Source: Thermodesulfobacteriota bacterium | Lineage (GTDB): Bacteria > Desulfobacterota_D > UBA1144 > Nemesobacterales > Mycalebacteriaceae | Direction of reading: 5' to 3' | NCBI GenBank assembly: GCA_965198945.1 | Contig: CBDAQI010000010.1 | Span: 73,720-137,719 of the forward strand | Length of the DNA: 64,000 nt | Shown: positions 38,011-48,310 of the stretch, piece after piece | Layout of the letters: each line of letters starts with the position of its first letter | Position numbering within the stretch: the stretch's first letter is position 1 | Translations under genes and position numbers: made by a program | The notes under the pieces: generated by a model | Told to the model about the DNA's origin: nothing | Seen by the model: only the letters and a program-made list of their open reading frames with translations | Databases searched by the model: none

Positions 38011-39395
38011 TAGAACACGATTTTGTTTTGAAGGCAACGCGCGGACGCGCGGAGGGAGTTTTCCCGGCCGCCTACACGGGGGTTTCAATTGACTCGCGGG
38101 ACCTGCCGCGCGGAGGTCTTTTTTTCGCCGTGCGGGGGGAAAGAGACGGGCATGATTACGTCCGCACAGCATTTGAAGCCGGAGCTTCTGCGGCGGTTGT
38201 TGAGAACCGGAGCAAGGGGCTTTTTCAGGGCGCCCGCCCCGGAGAAAATCTGATATTTGTTCCCTCAACCGCCCGTGCTCTGGCGGATATGGCTCTTGCG
38301 TGGAGAAAGAATTTCAAAGATCTGAAAGTTGTCTGCATAACCGGCTCAAGCGGCAAGACGACAACCAAACAGGCGCTTTCATGCATTCTTAAATCCGCCG
38401 GTCGGCGCGCGGTCGCAAGCAGAAAAAGCTTCAACAACCATCTGGGTCTGCCTCTCACTCTGCTTGAGATGCGCGAGGGGTGTGAGGTTTGCGTCGCCGA
38501 AGTCGGCATCAACCGCCCCGGTGAGATGGACGGGCTTGCGCGCATCGCAGTCCCCGATATGGGGGCGGTTACCAACATAGGGACCGCTCACATTGGCGGG
38601 TTTGGAAGCAGGGAGAGAATTTCTGAGGAAAAAGCGCGGCTTTTCCGTTTTTTCAGTGAGGAAAACCATCTGGCGGTCAACCTGGACGACCCTCTTGTGA
38701 GCAAAATCTCATCGGATGTCAGTTGTATGAAAACGGGTTTCGGAATCAATTCGCCCGGGGCTGAGGTTTCCGCTTCCGCCGTCAAAGGCTCCGAGCGTTC
38801 GGTGAGTTTCACAATGAAAATAAAGGGGCGGAATTTCCCCGTAACCGCTCCCACGGCGGGCGCGCACAATGTTATGAACTTTCTGTGCGCAGCTTCTCTC
38901 GCGCTTGCACTCGGTTTGTCCGGAGATGAAATCGCGCGCGGAATAGAACGGTTTGAGCCCGCGGAGATGAGGATGCAGGTTTCACGGATTGCCTGCGGAG
39001 CCGCTTTGATAAACGACTTTTATAATTCCAACCCCGATTCGCTGAACGCCGCGCTGGAAGAACTCTTTCAGATGAAAAAATCCGGACAAAAAGGAGCGAA
39101 GGCGATAGCCGTTCTGGGAGACATGCTGGAACTCGGGGAGTTCAGCCGCAAGTATCACCGTATGGCCGGCGAGAAAGCATCTCTGTGCGGAGTTGATGTT
39201 CTTATAGGTTTTGGAGAAATGGCCGAAGATATGCGCGCGGGCGCGGGCTCAAAAGTTTATTTTGAAAAAACTCTGTCTCACGCGGAGGCGGCTGATATAA
39301 TCAAGGCAATGGCAAAACCCGGCGACTTTATTCTCATTAAAGGCTCGCGCGCAATGGCAATGGAGAAAATAGTGCGGAGGATTTCCGGCTCTTAA
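38007..39395 (+). CDS. murF: UDP-MurNAc-pentapeptide synthetase
   Basis: ITGSSGKTTTK, NNHLGLP, D.YNSNP.S, GDMLELG and KGSR motifs. Confidence 0.96.
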   Translation: MIEHDFVLKATRGRAEGVFPAAYTGVSIDSRDLPRGGLFFAVRGERDGHDYVRTAFEAGASAAVVENRSKGLFQGARPGENLIFVPSTARALADMALAWRKNFKDLKVVCITGSSGKTTTKQALSCILKSAGRRAVASRKSFNNHLGLPLTLLEMREGCEVCVAEVGINRPGEMDGLARIAVPDMGAVTNIGTAHIGGFGSRERISEEKARLFRFFSEENHLAVNLDDPLVSKISSDVSCMKTGFGINSPGAEVSASAVKGSERSVSFTMKIKGRNFPVTAPTAGAHNVMNFLCAASLALALGLSGDEIARGIERFEPAEMRMQVSRIACGAALINDFYNSNPDSLNAALEELFQMKKSGQKGAKAIAVLGDMLELGEFSRKYHRMAGEKASLCGVDVLIGFGEMAEDMRAGAGSKVYFEKTLSHAEAADIIKAMAKPGDFILIKGSRAMAMEKIVRRISGS

Positions 39396-39415
39396 AACCC
39401 GGGCGCACACACCGG

Positions 39416-40531
39416 ATGTTCCATCTTTTTTATCTTCTCAAAGACGACTTGGTTTTGCTGAACATATTCAAGTATGTGACTTTCCGCTCTTTCGGAGCGG
39501 GAGTGTTCGCTTTTTTTCTGAGTGTGCTTCTGGGGGGCAGAGTGATTGCGCTTCTTGAGCGCATAAAGATAAAGGAGAGAATACGCCCCGACGGGCCCCG
39601 CAACCACATTGTCAAATCCGGCACTCCCACAATGGGGGGTCTTTTCATAGTTTTGTCCGTCATGCTTTCCACCTTTTTATGGGGGAATCTGACCGAACCG
39701 GTTGTCATATTCTCAATTTGTTTTGCCGCCGTGTTCGGGTGTATAGGGTTTGTTGACGATTGGATGAAACTTTCCCGTTCGCGCGGAATGAGCGCCGGTG
39801 TGAAATTCCTTGTTCAAAGCGCGGCCGCGGTGTTTCTGGTTTTAATTTTTCTTGGTATTCAGGATGGGGGCTTCACAATGAACATCAGGGCCGGTGAGGC
39901 GGTGAGGGAGTATTCGTTCACTTCGGTCGCTTTACCGTTTTTCAAAACCGCGGTTTTTGAATTCGGCTGGATGTATTTCGTTCTCGCAATTTTTGTTACC
40001 ATAGGGACTTCAAATGCGGTCAATTTGACTGACGGTCTTGACGGTCTGGCCATAGGTTCCATTATCGTTACAATCGGCGCCTACTACATTCTCGCTTTTG
40101 TGGCCGGCAATGTGACTCTTGCAGACTACCTCCACATTCCATATGTGCGCAACGCCGGTGAATTTGCGGTTTTTCTCGCGGCCGTGGGGGGGGCGTGTCT
40201 GGGATTTTTGTGGCATAACGCATATCCGGCGCGTATTTTTATGGGAGACACCGGCTCGCTTGCGCTCGGGGCGTCCATAGGGCTTGCCGCTCTTGTTACC
40301 AAACAGGAAATGCTTCTTGTTTTAATCGGCGGCATCTTTGTCGCCGAAACGGTTTCGGTTCTGTTGCAGGTTCTGTTTTTTCGTCTCAAAGGGAAAAGAC
40401 TTTTCAAAATGGCGCCTCTGCACCACCATTTTGAAAATACGGGATGGCACGAGTCGCAAATAGTCATCCGTTTCTGGATAGTTTCTTTTGTGCTCGCGCT
40501 TATGGCTCTCGCCTCTTTGAAAGTCAGGTGA
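39416..40531 (+). CDS. mraY: Phospho-MurNAc-pentapeptide transferase
   Basis: GTPTMGG, DD, NAVNLTDGLDGL, FMGDTGS and MAPLHHHFE motifs. Confidence 0.98.
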   Translation: MFHLFYLLKDDLVLLNIFKYVTFRSFGAGVFAFFLSVLLGGRVIALLERIKIKERIRPDGPRNHIVKSGTPTMGGLFIVLSVMLSTFLWGNLTEPVVIFSICFAAVFGCIGFVDDWMKLSRSRGMSAGVKFLVQSAAAVFLVLIFLGIQDGGFTMNIRAGEAVREYSFTSVALPFFKTAVFEFGWMYFVLAIFVTIGTSNAVNLTDGLDGLAIGSIIVTIGAYYILAFVAGNVTLADYLHIPYVRNAGEFAVFLAAVGGACLGFLWHNAYPARIFMGDTGSLALGASIGLAALVTKQEMLLVLIGGIFVAETVSVLLQVLFFRLKGKRLFKMAPLHHHFENTGWHESQIVIRFWIVSFVLALMALASLKVR

Positions 40532-40538
40532 TTCCGGA

Positions 40539-41897
40539 TTGATCAGTATAAAAGGTGGAAAATTTCTCGTGGTCGGGCTCGGAAAGACCGGAGTTTCCGT
40601 CGCATCCTTTCTCGCCCGCAGGGGCGCGGTCGTTACGGCGACTGACATAAGGCCGCAATCGGAGATTCCGGCCGTGTGTGAGCTCCGCAGCCTCGGTGTT
40701 CAAATTGAGGCGGGAGGTCACTGTGAGAGCAGTTTTAAGCAAACCGGCACCGTTGTTCTGAGTCCCGGAGTTTCGCCGGACACCGGGCCCGTCCGTGCGG
40801 CCGCGGTGGCCGGAGTGCCGGTCATGGGAGAAGTTGAACTCTCTTTCAGGCTCTGCAAACTTCCTGTTGTCGCCATTACCGGCTCAAACGGCAAGACAAC
40901 CACGACCGGGCTTATTGCGCACATTCTAAAGTCCTGCGGGAAAAGGCCTTTTGTTGGCGGAAACTTCGGTTCGCCTTTTATGGAAGCGGTCGGCAAAGAA
41001 CATCTTTACGATATGGCGCTGCTTGAGGTCAGCAGTTTTCAGTTGAAAACCACTTCGGAATTCAAGCCATCCATAGCGGTCGCGCTCAACATATCTCCCA
41101 ACCACCTTGATGTTCATCCCAACTACAGTGATTATTTTGAATCCAAAAAAAAAATATTTGCCAACCAGACCGGCGATGACTGGGCGGTTGCAAACGGTTC
41201 GGATGCCGGGGTGTGTGAAATGGTTGAAACGGCACGCGCAAAGAAGATTTTTTTCAATCCCGCCCCCGGTCAATCAAAAGAAGGCTGCGTTACGGCCGAA
41301 GGCCCGGTGGTTTCTTTTGTGGGAAGGGCCTACGACCTCTCCGGTTCAAAAATGAAGGGAAAACACAACATTGAAAACGCTATGGCGGCCATAGCGGTTA
41401 CGGCGATACTCGGATGCGACCCGGAAAAGACCGTCTCCGCAGCAAGAGATTTCTCCCCTCCGTCTCACAGAATGGAGTTCGTCTGCGAAATTCTGGGCGC
41501 ACGGGTTTACGATGATTCAAAAGCGACCAATCCCACGGCAACCGCGGCCGCTCTTGCCGCGCTTTCTCCGCCCGTTGTTTTGATATCAGGCGGAAAAGAC
41601 AAACGGACCGGCTATTCCGTTCTGCGCAGTCCCGTGGAAAAAAAGGTCTCCTCGCTTGTGCTTTTCGGTGAGTCGCGCGCCGCGATGTTTGCGGAGCTTG
41701 GAACGGTTGCGAAAACCGTTGTCACAGACTCTCTTGAAGAGGCGGTGCAATCGGCCGTGTCGCAATCCCGTCCGGGCGGCTCAATACTTTTTTCGCCGGC
41801 GTGTTCAAGTTTTGATATGTTTTCCTCTTTTGAGGAAAGAGGCAGGGAGTTTAAAAAAATTGTTAAGAAGTTCAGGCGGCCGTTCTCCGGGTTTTGA
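40539..41897 (+). CDS. murD: UDP-MurNAc-L-Ala:D-Glu ligase
   Basis: GLGKTG, SPG, TGSNGKTTT, EVSSFQL, DDSKATN and SPACSSFD motifs. Confidence 0.97.
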   Translation: MISIKGGKFLVVGLGKTGVSVASFLARRGAVVTATDIRPQSEIPAVCELRSLGVQIEAGGHCESSFKQTGTVVLSPGVSPDTGPVRAAAVAGVPVMGEVELSFRLCKLPVVAITGSNGKTTTTGLIAHILKSCGKRPFVGGNFGSPFMEAVGKEHLYDMALLEVSSFQLKTTSEFKPSIAVALNISPNHLDVHPNYSDYFESKKKIFANQTGDDWAVANGSDAGVCEMVETARAKKIFFNPAPGQSKEGCVTAEGPVVSFVGRAYDLSGSKMKGKHNIENAMAAIAVTAILGCDPEKTVSAARDFSPPSHRMEFVCEILGARVYDDSKATNPTATAAALAALSPPVVLISGGKDKRTGYSVLRSPVEKKVSSLVLFGESRAAMFAELGTVAKTVVTDSLEEAVQSAVSQSRPGGSILFSPACSSFDMFSSFEERGREFKKIVKKFRRPFSGF

Positions 41898-42978
41898 TTA
41901 TACGCTTATGTTTGTGGTGGTCGGGCTTTCAATCGCCGGACTGCTCATGGTTTACAGCACAAGCTCAATTTACGCTCTTGAAGAGCGGGGGGACTCCTGG
42001 CGGTTTTTCAAACTTCATGCGGCCTACCTGATTCTCGGTCTTGCCGTTATGGCGGTGATTGCGATGACGGATTACAGGCGACTCAAAAAAATCGCCATAC
42101 CCGCTTATTTTATGGGTCTGGTTTTTCTTATTGCGGTTCTGTTTGAAAGTGTGGGCAGAGAGGTTTTCGGAGCACGAAGATGGATATCGCTCGGCGGCTT
42201 TAATTTTCAGCCCTCGGAGTTTGCCAAGTTTATATTCTTCCTTTATATGGCGGACGCTCTGTCGCGCAAAAGCGGCATGATGTCAAATTTCACCAGAGGA
42301 GTTATCCCTCCTCTGCTGCTCGGCGGCGTTTACGCCACTTTGATACTTGCGGAGCCGGACTTCGGAACGGCGTTCATAATCCTCACCGTTATGGGAGTTA
42401 TGCTTTTTCTCGGCGGCGCAAGAATACTCCATATGCTTGGTCTTGTCGGCGGCGTGTTGTGCTTCGTGGTTTTTTCGGTCTGGATTGAGCCTTACAGAAA
42501 AACAAGGCTTCTGTCTTTTCTTGACCCCTGGGCAAACTACTTTGATTCCGGTTATCAGGCGGTTCAGTCAATGATGGCGTTCAGCCTCGGCGGACTGTTC
42601 GGACAGGGGCTCGGAGCAAGCAATCAGAAACTGTTTTTTCTTCCCCAGGCGCATACGGATTTTATTCTCTCCATAATAGGTGAGGAGCTCGGGTTTGCAG
42701 GCGTCATGCTTATTATCGCCGCTTTTGTGGTGTTTCTGTTCAGAAGCGTGAAAATCGCCGTTACCGCTCCCGACGGTTTCGGGTCCAACCTTGTTATGAG
42801 CTACGCGCTTCTGATAGTTTTTCAGGCGGTGCTGAACATGGGGGTGGCCATGTCTCTTCTTCCCACAAAGGGGCTGACTCTGCCGTTTGTCAGTTACGGG
42901 GGCACTTCCCTTCTTGTGAGTCTCGGCGCGGTCGGCGTCATACTTTCCGTGTCAAGGGCGCGGTCCCACCCGAAATGA
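41860..42978 (+). CDS. ftsW: SEDS peptidoglycan polymerase FtsW
   Basis: GARRW, FQPSEFAK, EPDFG, LPQAHTDF and LPFVSYGG motifs. Start placed at TTG 41860 after GGGAG. Confidence 0.96.
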   Translation: MLRSSGGRSPGFDYTLMFVVVGLSIAGLLMVYSTSSIYALEERGDSWRFFKLHAAYLILGLAVMAVIAMTDYRRLKKIAIPAYFMGLVFLIAVLFESVGREVFGARRWISLGGFNFQPSEFAKFIFFLYMADALSRKSGMMSNFTRGVIPPLLLGGVYATLILAEPDFGTAFIILTVMGVMLFLGGARILHMLGLVGGVLCFVVFSVWIEPYRKTRLLSFLDPWANYFDSGYQAVQSMMAFSLGGLFGQGLGASNQKLFFLPQAHTDFILSIIGEELGFAGVMLIIAAFVVFLFRSVKIAVTAPDGFGSNLVMSYALLIVFQAVLNMGVAMSLLPTKGLTLPFVSYGGTSLLVSLGAVGVILSVSRARSHPK

Positions 42979-44084
42979 AAGTCCTCATCTCAGGCGGCGG
43001 CACGGGCGGCCATGTTTTTCCCTCTCTGGCAATTGCCGATGAAATCAAGAAAAGAGATTGTTCAAATGAAGTTCTTTTTATAGGAACTCTAAAGGGTCTT
43101 GAGAGCCGCATAGTGCCTTCCCGGGGTTACCGTTTTGAGGCGGTCGGCGGCGCCCCGGTTTCCGGCGGCGGTGTCACAAAAGCGGTTTCAGGAGCATTTT
43201 CCACACTTTCCGGCGTCGTCAAATCGTTTTTTATTCTGAAAAAATTCCGTCCGGATGTGGCGGTGGGCATGGGAGGGTATGCGTCTTTTCCGGCGATTGC
43301 GGCCGCACGCGCTCTGGGAGTTCCGGTCGCCATTTGCGAACAGAACAGCGTTTCAGGTCTTGCAAACAGGGTTCTCGGCAGAATTGCGCGCAGAGTTTTT
43401 CTGTCTTTTTCGCCCCCGCGGGGGCTTTCCGCCGCGCCTTTCGCCCCCGGTAAAGTCCGGGTTGTCGGCAACCCCGTCCGTCCGGCAATGGTTGCGGCCG
43501 CGCGCGCCCGCAAGCCGGGGTGTTTTCCGCAGTCCGCAGTCCGCACGATTTTTGTTCTGGGAGGAAGCCTGGGAGCCCGCGCCCTGAACCGTTTTATTCC
43601 CGACGGGATTGCGGAATTCAAAAGACAAACAGGGCGAGATGTCCGTGTTATACACCAGACGGGTTCGCACGGAGCCCGTGAGGTCGCCGCCGCTTATAAA
43701 TCAGCGGGTGTGGGAGCTCAGGTGTTTGATTTCAACCCTGAAATAGCTGACTTGTATGCCGTTTCGGATTTGGTAATATCAAGGGCCGGAGCCGGGGCGG
43801 TTGCGGAAATTGCGCTTTTTTCCAGACCGTCAATTCTTGTTCCCTATCCGTTTGCCGCAGACGGGCATCAGAGCGCAAATGCCGCGATGATGGGGGAGGC
43901 CGGAGCCGCGGCCGTTATTGAGGAGAAAAATTTATCTCAAAAAACGGTTGCCGAAACTCTGGAAAGGTTGCTTAACTGGGATACGCTCAGAACAATGTCG
44001 CGCGCGGCGGCGAAAATCGCCGCCGCGAATGCGGCGGCGAGGATAGTGGACGAGATGGAAATTATCGCCTCTGAAAGTAAGTAG
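42975..44084 (+). CDS. murG: Lipid I N-acetylglucosaminyltransferase
   Basis: GGGTGGH, GGY, EQN, GNPVR, GGSLGA, RAGA and HQ..NA motifs. Confidence 0.97.
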   Translation: MKVLISGGGTGGHVFPSLAIADEIKKRDCSNEVLFIGTLKGLESRIVPSRGYRFEAVGGAPVSGGGVTKAVSGAFSTLSGVVKSFFILKKFRPDVAVGMGGYASFPAIAAARALGVPVAICEQNSVSGLANRVLGRIARRVFLSFSPPRGLSAAPFAPGKVRVVGNPVRPAMVAAARARKPGCFPQSAVRTIFVLGGSLGARALNRFIPDGIAEFKRQTGRDVRVIHQTGSHGAREVAAAYKSAGVGAQVFDFNPEIADLYAVSDLVISRAGAGAVAEIALFSRPSILVPYPFAADGHQSANAAMMGEAGAAAVIEEKNLSQKTVAETLERLLNWDTLRTMSRAAAKIAAANAAARIVDEMEIIASESK

Positions 44085-44086
44085 CC

Positions 44087-45457
44087 ATGCACGGTAAATT
44101 CAAAAAGATACATATGGTTGGAATTGCGGGTTCCGGAATGAGGGGTCTTGCCGAGGTTCTTATCAGCATGGGATACGAAGTTTCCGGCTCCGATGAGGGC
44201 GGAGCTTCTTCGGGCCTTGCCTCGCTTGAGAGCGCGGGAGCAAAAGTCAGCGGGCGGCACAGGGAGGAAAATGTCGGCGCCTCGGACGTTGTTGTTGTTT
44301 CCTCGGCAATACCCGAATCAAATCCCGAACTTGTCGCGGCAAAGGCTCTGGGTATCCCCGTCGCCAGGAGGGCGGAAATGCTTGCCGAGCTTATGAGAAT
44401 GAAGTTCGGGGTCTCGGTAATGGGCAGCCACGGAAAGACCATGACAACATCCATGATAGCTTCCGTTCTCACCGCGGGCGGTCTTGATCCCACGGTTGTG
44501 GTCGGCGGCAGGGTAGCCGCTCTGGGAAGCAGCGGCTGGCACGGCGGCGGTGACATAATGGTTGCCGAGGCGGACGAAAGCGACGGTTCGTTCAGCATGC
44601 TTTCTCCGGCAATTTCTGTTCTCACCAATGTTGATTGTGAGCACCTGGACTACTACGGCACGGTGGAAAACCTGCGTGAAAGGTTTATGGAATTTATTGA
44701 AAGAACGCCTTTCTACGGACTCTCAGTGCTGTGTCTTGACTGTCCTCATATCCGGATGATGGCAAAGCGGGTTTCCAAAAGAGCCGTAACTTACGGTGAA
44801 AATCCCGATGCGGACTTCCGGATGAAAAATTTTCAAACACGGGGTTTCGGCGCGGAGTTTGATGTTTTTTCGGGCAAAAAGAAACTCGGCCGCGCCGCGC
44901 TTGCGGTTCCGGGAAGGCATAACGCGGTCAACTCTCTGGCGGCGGTCGCCGTCGGTATGGAGATGGGGATGAGTTTTGATTCCGTGAGACTCGGCCTCTG
45001 TGATTTCGGCGGCATTGAAAGGCGAATGCAGCTGAGAGATGAGGTCGGGGGAATAAAATTTATTGATGATTACGGGCATCATCCCGAAGAAATAAAGGTT
45101 ACGGTGGATTCCGTCAAAGAGGCGTTTTCATCGCAGCCCGTTGTGGTTTTCCAGCCGCACAGATTCACGCGCACGCATCTTCTTTTTGACGGCTTTGTTG
45201 AGGTGCTCAGCAAGCTCTCAAAACTGTATGTTCTTGATGTTTACTCCGCCGGTGAACAGCCCATAGAAGGCGCGACTTCGGAGGAAATTGTAAAAAGGGT
45301 GAGGGCCGCCGGGGGTTCGGGGGCGGTTTACGCCCCGTGTGAAAAGGATCTGGTAAGACGCCTCAAGGCGGATTTGACCGAAGGGGACGTGGTTCTCACC
45401 CTCGGCGCCGGCAATGTCTGGCGGTGCGCACAGGCTCTCGCCGATGAATTAAGATGA
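44087..45457 (+). CDS. murC: UDP-MurNAc:L-Ala ligase
   Basis: G..GSGM, HGKT, EADESD, DDYGHHP and FQPHR motifs. Confidence 0.96.
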   Translation: MHGKFKKIHMVGIAGSGMRGLAEVLISMGYEVSGSDEGGASSGLASLESAGAKVSGRHREENVGASDVVVVSSAIPESNPELVAAKALGIPVARRAEMLAELMRMKFGVSVMGSHGKTMTTSMIASVLTAGGLDPTVVVGGRVAALGSSGWHGGGDIMVAEADESDGSFSMLSPAISVLTNVDCEHLDYYGTVENLRERFMEFIERTPFYGLSVLCLDCPHIRMMAKRVSKRAVTYGENPDADFRMKNFQTRGFGAEFDVFSGKKKLGRAALAVPGRHNAVNSLAAVAVGMEMGMSFDSVRLGLCDFGGIERRMQLRDEVGGIKFIDDYGHHPEEIKVTVDSVKEAFSSQPVVVFQPHRFTRTHLLFDGFVEVLSKLSKLYVLDVYSAGEQPIEGATSEEIVKRVRAAGGSGAVYAPCEKDLVRRLKADLTEGDVVLTLGAGNVWRCAQALADELR

Positions 45458-46338
45458 CCGGTTTAATAAAAGCGTTGAAAAATCTGGGCTGTGAAACCAG
45501 TGAAGACTTTCCGATGTCTTCCTACACCACGATGAGGGTCGGAGGCAGAGCGCGCCTGATGGCATTTCCTCAAAACCGCTCCGCCCTTTCGGGAGCTCTC
45601 AACATGCTGTTTTTGGAAAAAATTCCCTTTACGGTTCTCGGCGCGGGTTCCAACACAATAGTGAAAGACAACTGCGCGGAAAAAGTGATTGTGAGCACAC
45701 GGCGCCTTAAAGATTTTAAGATTGAACGCGAGACGGTTTGTGCCGAATGCGGCGCGCCGCTTTCCGCGGTAATGAACACGACCGTGAAAGCGGCTCTTTC
45801 CGGGCTTGAATTTGCGGCGGGAATTCCGGGCACCGTAGGCGGCGCGGTCTTTATGAATTCGGGGGCAAACGGCGGAGAGACCGCAGAAGTGATTGAAAGC
45901 GTCCGGATATGGCAGGACGGCGCGGAGCGGAACATTACGGCGGACGAAATCAGCCCCGCCTACAGGCACGGAGGGCTTCCGCCCGGCTCGGTTTTGCTGA
46001 GTGCGCGGCTGCGGCTTTATCCCGGAAATTCACTGCAAAGCCGCGCCATCGTCAGAGAGAGTCTTGAGCGTAGAAAAATGTCTCAGCCCGTGAGTCGGTT
46101 CAGCACGGGTTCAATTTTCAAAAATCCCCCCGACATCCCCGCCGGACGGCTTCTTGAAGATCTGGGCATGAAACTTGTTTCCGTGGGAGCCGCCGAGTTT
46201 TCAGGGGTTCACGCAAATTTTATCGTTAATAGAGGCGGCGCGAAGGCGTCCGATGTTCTCAGTCTCATAAGTATTGCCAGAGACAGGGCTCTTGCGGAAA
46301 AGGGAATAAATCTTGAGACAGAGGTCTGTGTAATCTGA
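45454..46338 (+). CDS. murB: UDP-N-acetylenolpyruvoylglucosamine reductase
   Basis: G.GSN, GIPGTVGGA..MN, GSIFKNP and HANFIVN motifs. Confidence 0.96.
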   Translation: MTGLIKALKNLGCETSEDFPMSSYTTMRVGGRARLMAFPQNRSALSGALNMLFLEKIPFTVLGAGSNTIVKDNCAEKVIVSTRRLKDFKIERETVCAECGAPLSAVMNTTVKAALSGLEFAAGIPGTVGGAVFMNSGANGGETAEVIESVRIWQDGAERNITADEISPAYRHGGLPPGSVLLSARLRLYPGNSLQSRAIVRESLERRKMSQPVSRFSTGSIFKNPPDIPAGRLLEDLGMKLVSVGAAEFSGVHANFIVNRGGAKASDVLSLISIARDRALAEKGINLETEVCVI

Positions 46339-47054
46339 GGGGCAAAAGAAAAATTTTTCTTCTGACCGGGCGGGCGGTTAAAACGGTTTGCGCCCTGGCG
46401 CTTTGCGGGGCTGCGCTTTTTTTCGCGCACGGGGCGCTTTTTATTGACAGGGTTTCAATTGAGGGCGCGGTTGCGGTTTCCGGGGAAAGCATTTTAAGAA
46501 GAACCGGTATGCTTTCAGTTTCCAAAAAAGAGGTTTTTCTTTTTCCCGGAGCCGTGAGCGGGTCTCTTGAAAAAGACCCCTGGATAAGTGAAGTCTCAGT
46601 GGAAAGGGATTTCAAGGGCGGAGTTTCAATAAAAATTGATGAGAAAAAACCTTTCTGTCTTTTTGCAAAGCGGAACGGAAAATTTTTTTATGTTAATGAT
46701 TCGGGAGAAATTCTCGGGCCCGCGCCGGTTGCGCCTTACGGAATGAATTTTCCGGTTTTGAGCGCGTCGCCGGGGTTTGTCCGCGAGGGTGTGCTTGCGC
46801 TTAATTCCTCACGCTCCGCGCTTTCCGCTCCGGGCTGGGAGGATATATCCGAAATAGTTGTCCGTGACGGGGAGGGTTTTGAGATTTTTACGCGCACGGG
46901 TGAAAAAATAGAGTTGGGGGCGGAGCTGGAGGCGCAGTGGGAGAAACTTGAAAGAATAATGCGCGCCCTCAGTGCGAGAGGTCTTGAGGCAAAGTATATT
47001 AATCTGCGCAAAGACGGTGTCGGAATAATCAATTTGAGGAAAACTGGCGGGTGA
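46335..47054 (+). CDS. ftsQ: Cell division protein FtsQ/DivIB; probable CTG start
   Basis: Frame is open from 46317 and encodes basic tail, TM (VCALALCGAALFFA) and POTRA start (IDRVSIEG) upstream of the track ATG 46509; PWI..V.V.R and YINLR motifs; precedes ftsA. Confidence 0.8.
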   Translation: MRGKRKIFLLTGRAVKTVCALALCGAALFFAHGALFIDRVSIEGAVAVSGESILRRTGMLSVSKKEVFLFPGAVSGSLEKDPWISEVSVERDFKGGVSIKIDEKKPFCLFAKRNGKFFYVNDSGEILGPAPVAPYGMNFPVLSASPGFVREGVLALNSSRSALSAPGWEDISEIVVRDGEGFEIFTRTGEKIELGAELEAQWEKLERIMRALSARGLEAKYINLRKDGVGIINLRKTGG

Positions 47055-48280
47055 GCAGCGGAAAATCGGAGACCCTTGTCGGGCTTGATCTGGGGACAAC
47101 CAAAATTTGCGCGATTGTCGCGCAGGTAAACGGAGACGGTATAAATATAGTGGGTGTCGGAACCCATCCTTCAACGGGTCTCCGCAGGGGAATTGTGGTT
47201 GATATGGAGGAAACCACGGACTGTATCGTTTCCGCCGTGGAAAAAGCGGAAAAGATGTCGGGTGTGGAGATAAGATCTGTTTTTGTCGGAATCGCGGGCG
47301 GACATGTCAACAGCCAGAATGCCCATGCCGTTGTAAATCTGGCCGAAGGCAGGGTTGCCGATGAAGACATCAAGCGCCTTGCCGAGTCTTCCAGAGCGAG
47401 AATACCCGCCGACAGAGAGTTGATTCACGTTGTTCCGGGCAGATATTCAATAGACGGTCAGGAGCCTGTGGCCAATCCGCTTGGTATGCACGGCGGCAGG
47501 ATGGAAACTGATTTTCATATAGTCACCGGGCAGGTGACGGAAACAAACAACCTTGTCAAATGTGTGCGCGAAGCGGGAATGGATGTGAACGGCATCGTTC
47601 TTGAACAGATTGCCTCAAGCGCCGCTGTTCTGGGTGAGGCGGAAAAGGATTTGGGCGTTGTGCTTGTTGATTGCGGCGGCGGAACAACCGACATTGCGGT
47701 TTTCAGCAACGGCTCTCTCAATTACACTCAGAATATAACACTCGGAGGAGACCATATTGACAGAGATATCTCTCATCGCTTCAGTTCCGTCACCGATCTT
47801 GAGTCGCGCAGAATAAAAGAGTCTTACGGAGTCGCAACAACCGATTTGGCTTCGGATGACAAGAATATAGAAATTCATTGCTCGGACAATACCAAACAGT
47901 TTGTTTCTCAGTGTGAAGTAGCCGAAATCATAGAGCCGAGGATGGTGGAAATACTAACTTTGGCGCGGGATGAGATTCCCGACACGGTGCGGGTCTGCAA
48001 CCCGACCTCCAAGGTTATACTGACCGGCGGAAGCCTTATTATGAAGGGAGCCGTTGAACTGGCGTCTGAGATTTTTGACATGCCGGCCCGGCTCGGGGTT
48101 CCGGTCGGGATTGACAGCAACAGCGATATGGTCTTCAGTCCCGCATACTCAACGGGTGTGGGATTGATACATTACGGAATAAAATATCATGGAAATTCTG
48201 ATAAGATAAGGGTAAGAGGGGATAAAACATTCAACAAAATACGCAGATGGATGGAACAATGGTTCAACGAACATCTTTAG
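47051..48280 (+). CDS. ftsA: Cell division protein FtsA
   Basis: GLDLGTTKI, DCGGGTTD and LTGG motifs; C-terminal amphipathic helix. Confidence 0.96.
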   Translation: MSSGKSETLVGLDLGTTKICAIVAQVNGDGINIVGVGTHPSTGLRRGIVVDMEETTDCIVSAVEKAEKMSGVEIRSVFVGIAGGHVNSQNAHAVVNLAEGRVADEDIKRLAESSRARIPADRELIHVVPGRYSIDGQEPVANPLGMHGGRMETDFHIVTGQVTETNNLVKCVREAGMDVNGIVLEQIASSAAVLGEAEKDLGVVLVDCGGGTTDIAVFSNGSLNYTQNITLGGDHIDRDISHRFSSVTDLESRRIKESYGVATTDLASDDKNIEIHCSDNTKQFVSQCEVAEIIEPRMVEILTLARDEIPDTVRVCNPTSKVILTGGSLIMKGAVELASEIFDMPARLGVPVGIDSNSDMVFSPAYSTGVGLIHYGIKYHGNSDKIRVRGDKTFNKIRRWMEQWFNEHL

Positions 48281-48310
48281 TCACAGCCCCTTCAAATCCG
48301 GAGCCGAAAC

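Noticed and set aside
35740..38268. Long antisense or alternate-frame ORFs in the track (for example 35740..36486, 37498..38268, 27090..27743, 48292..49083)
   Set aside because: They lie inside well-supported genes and show no recognisable motifs, so they are shadow ORFs.
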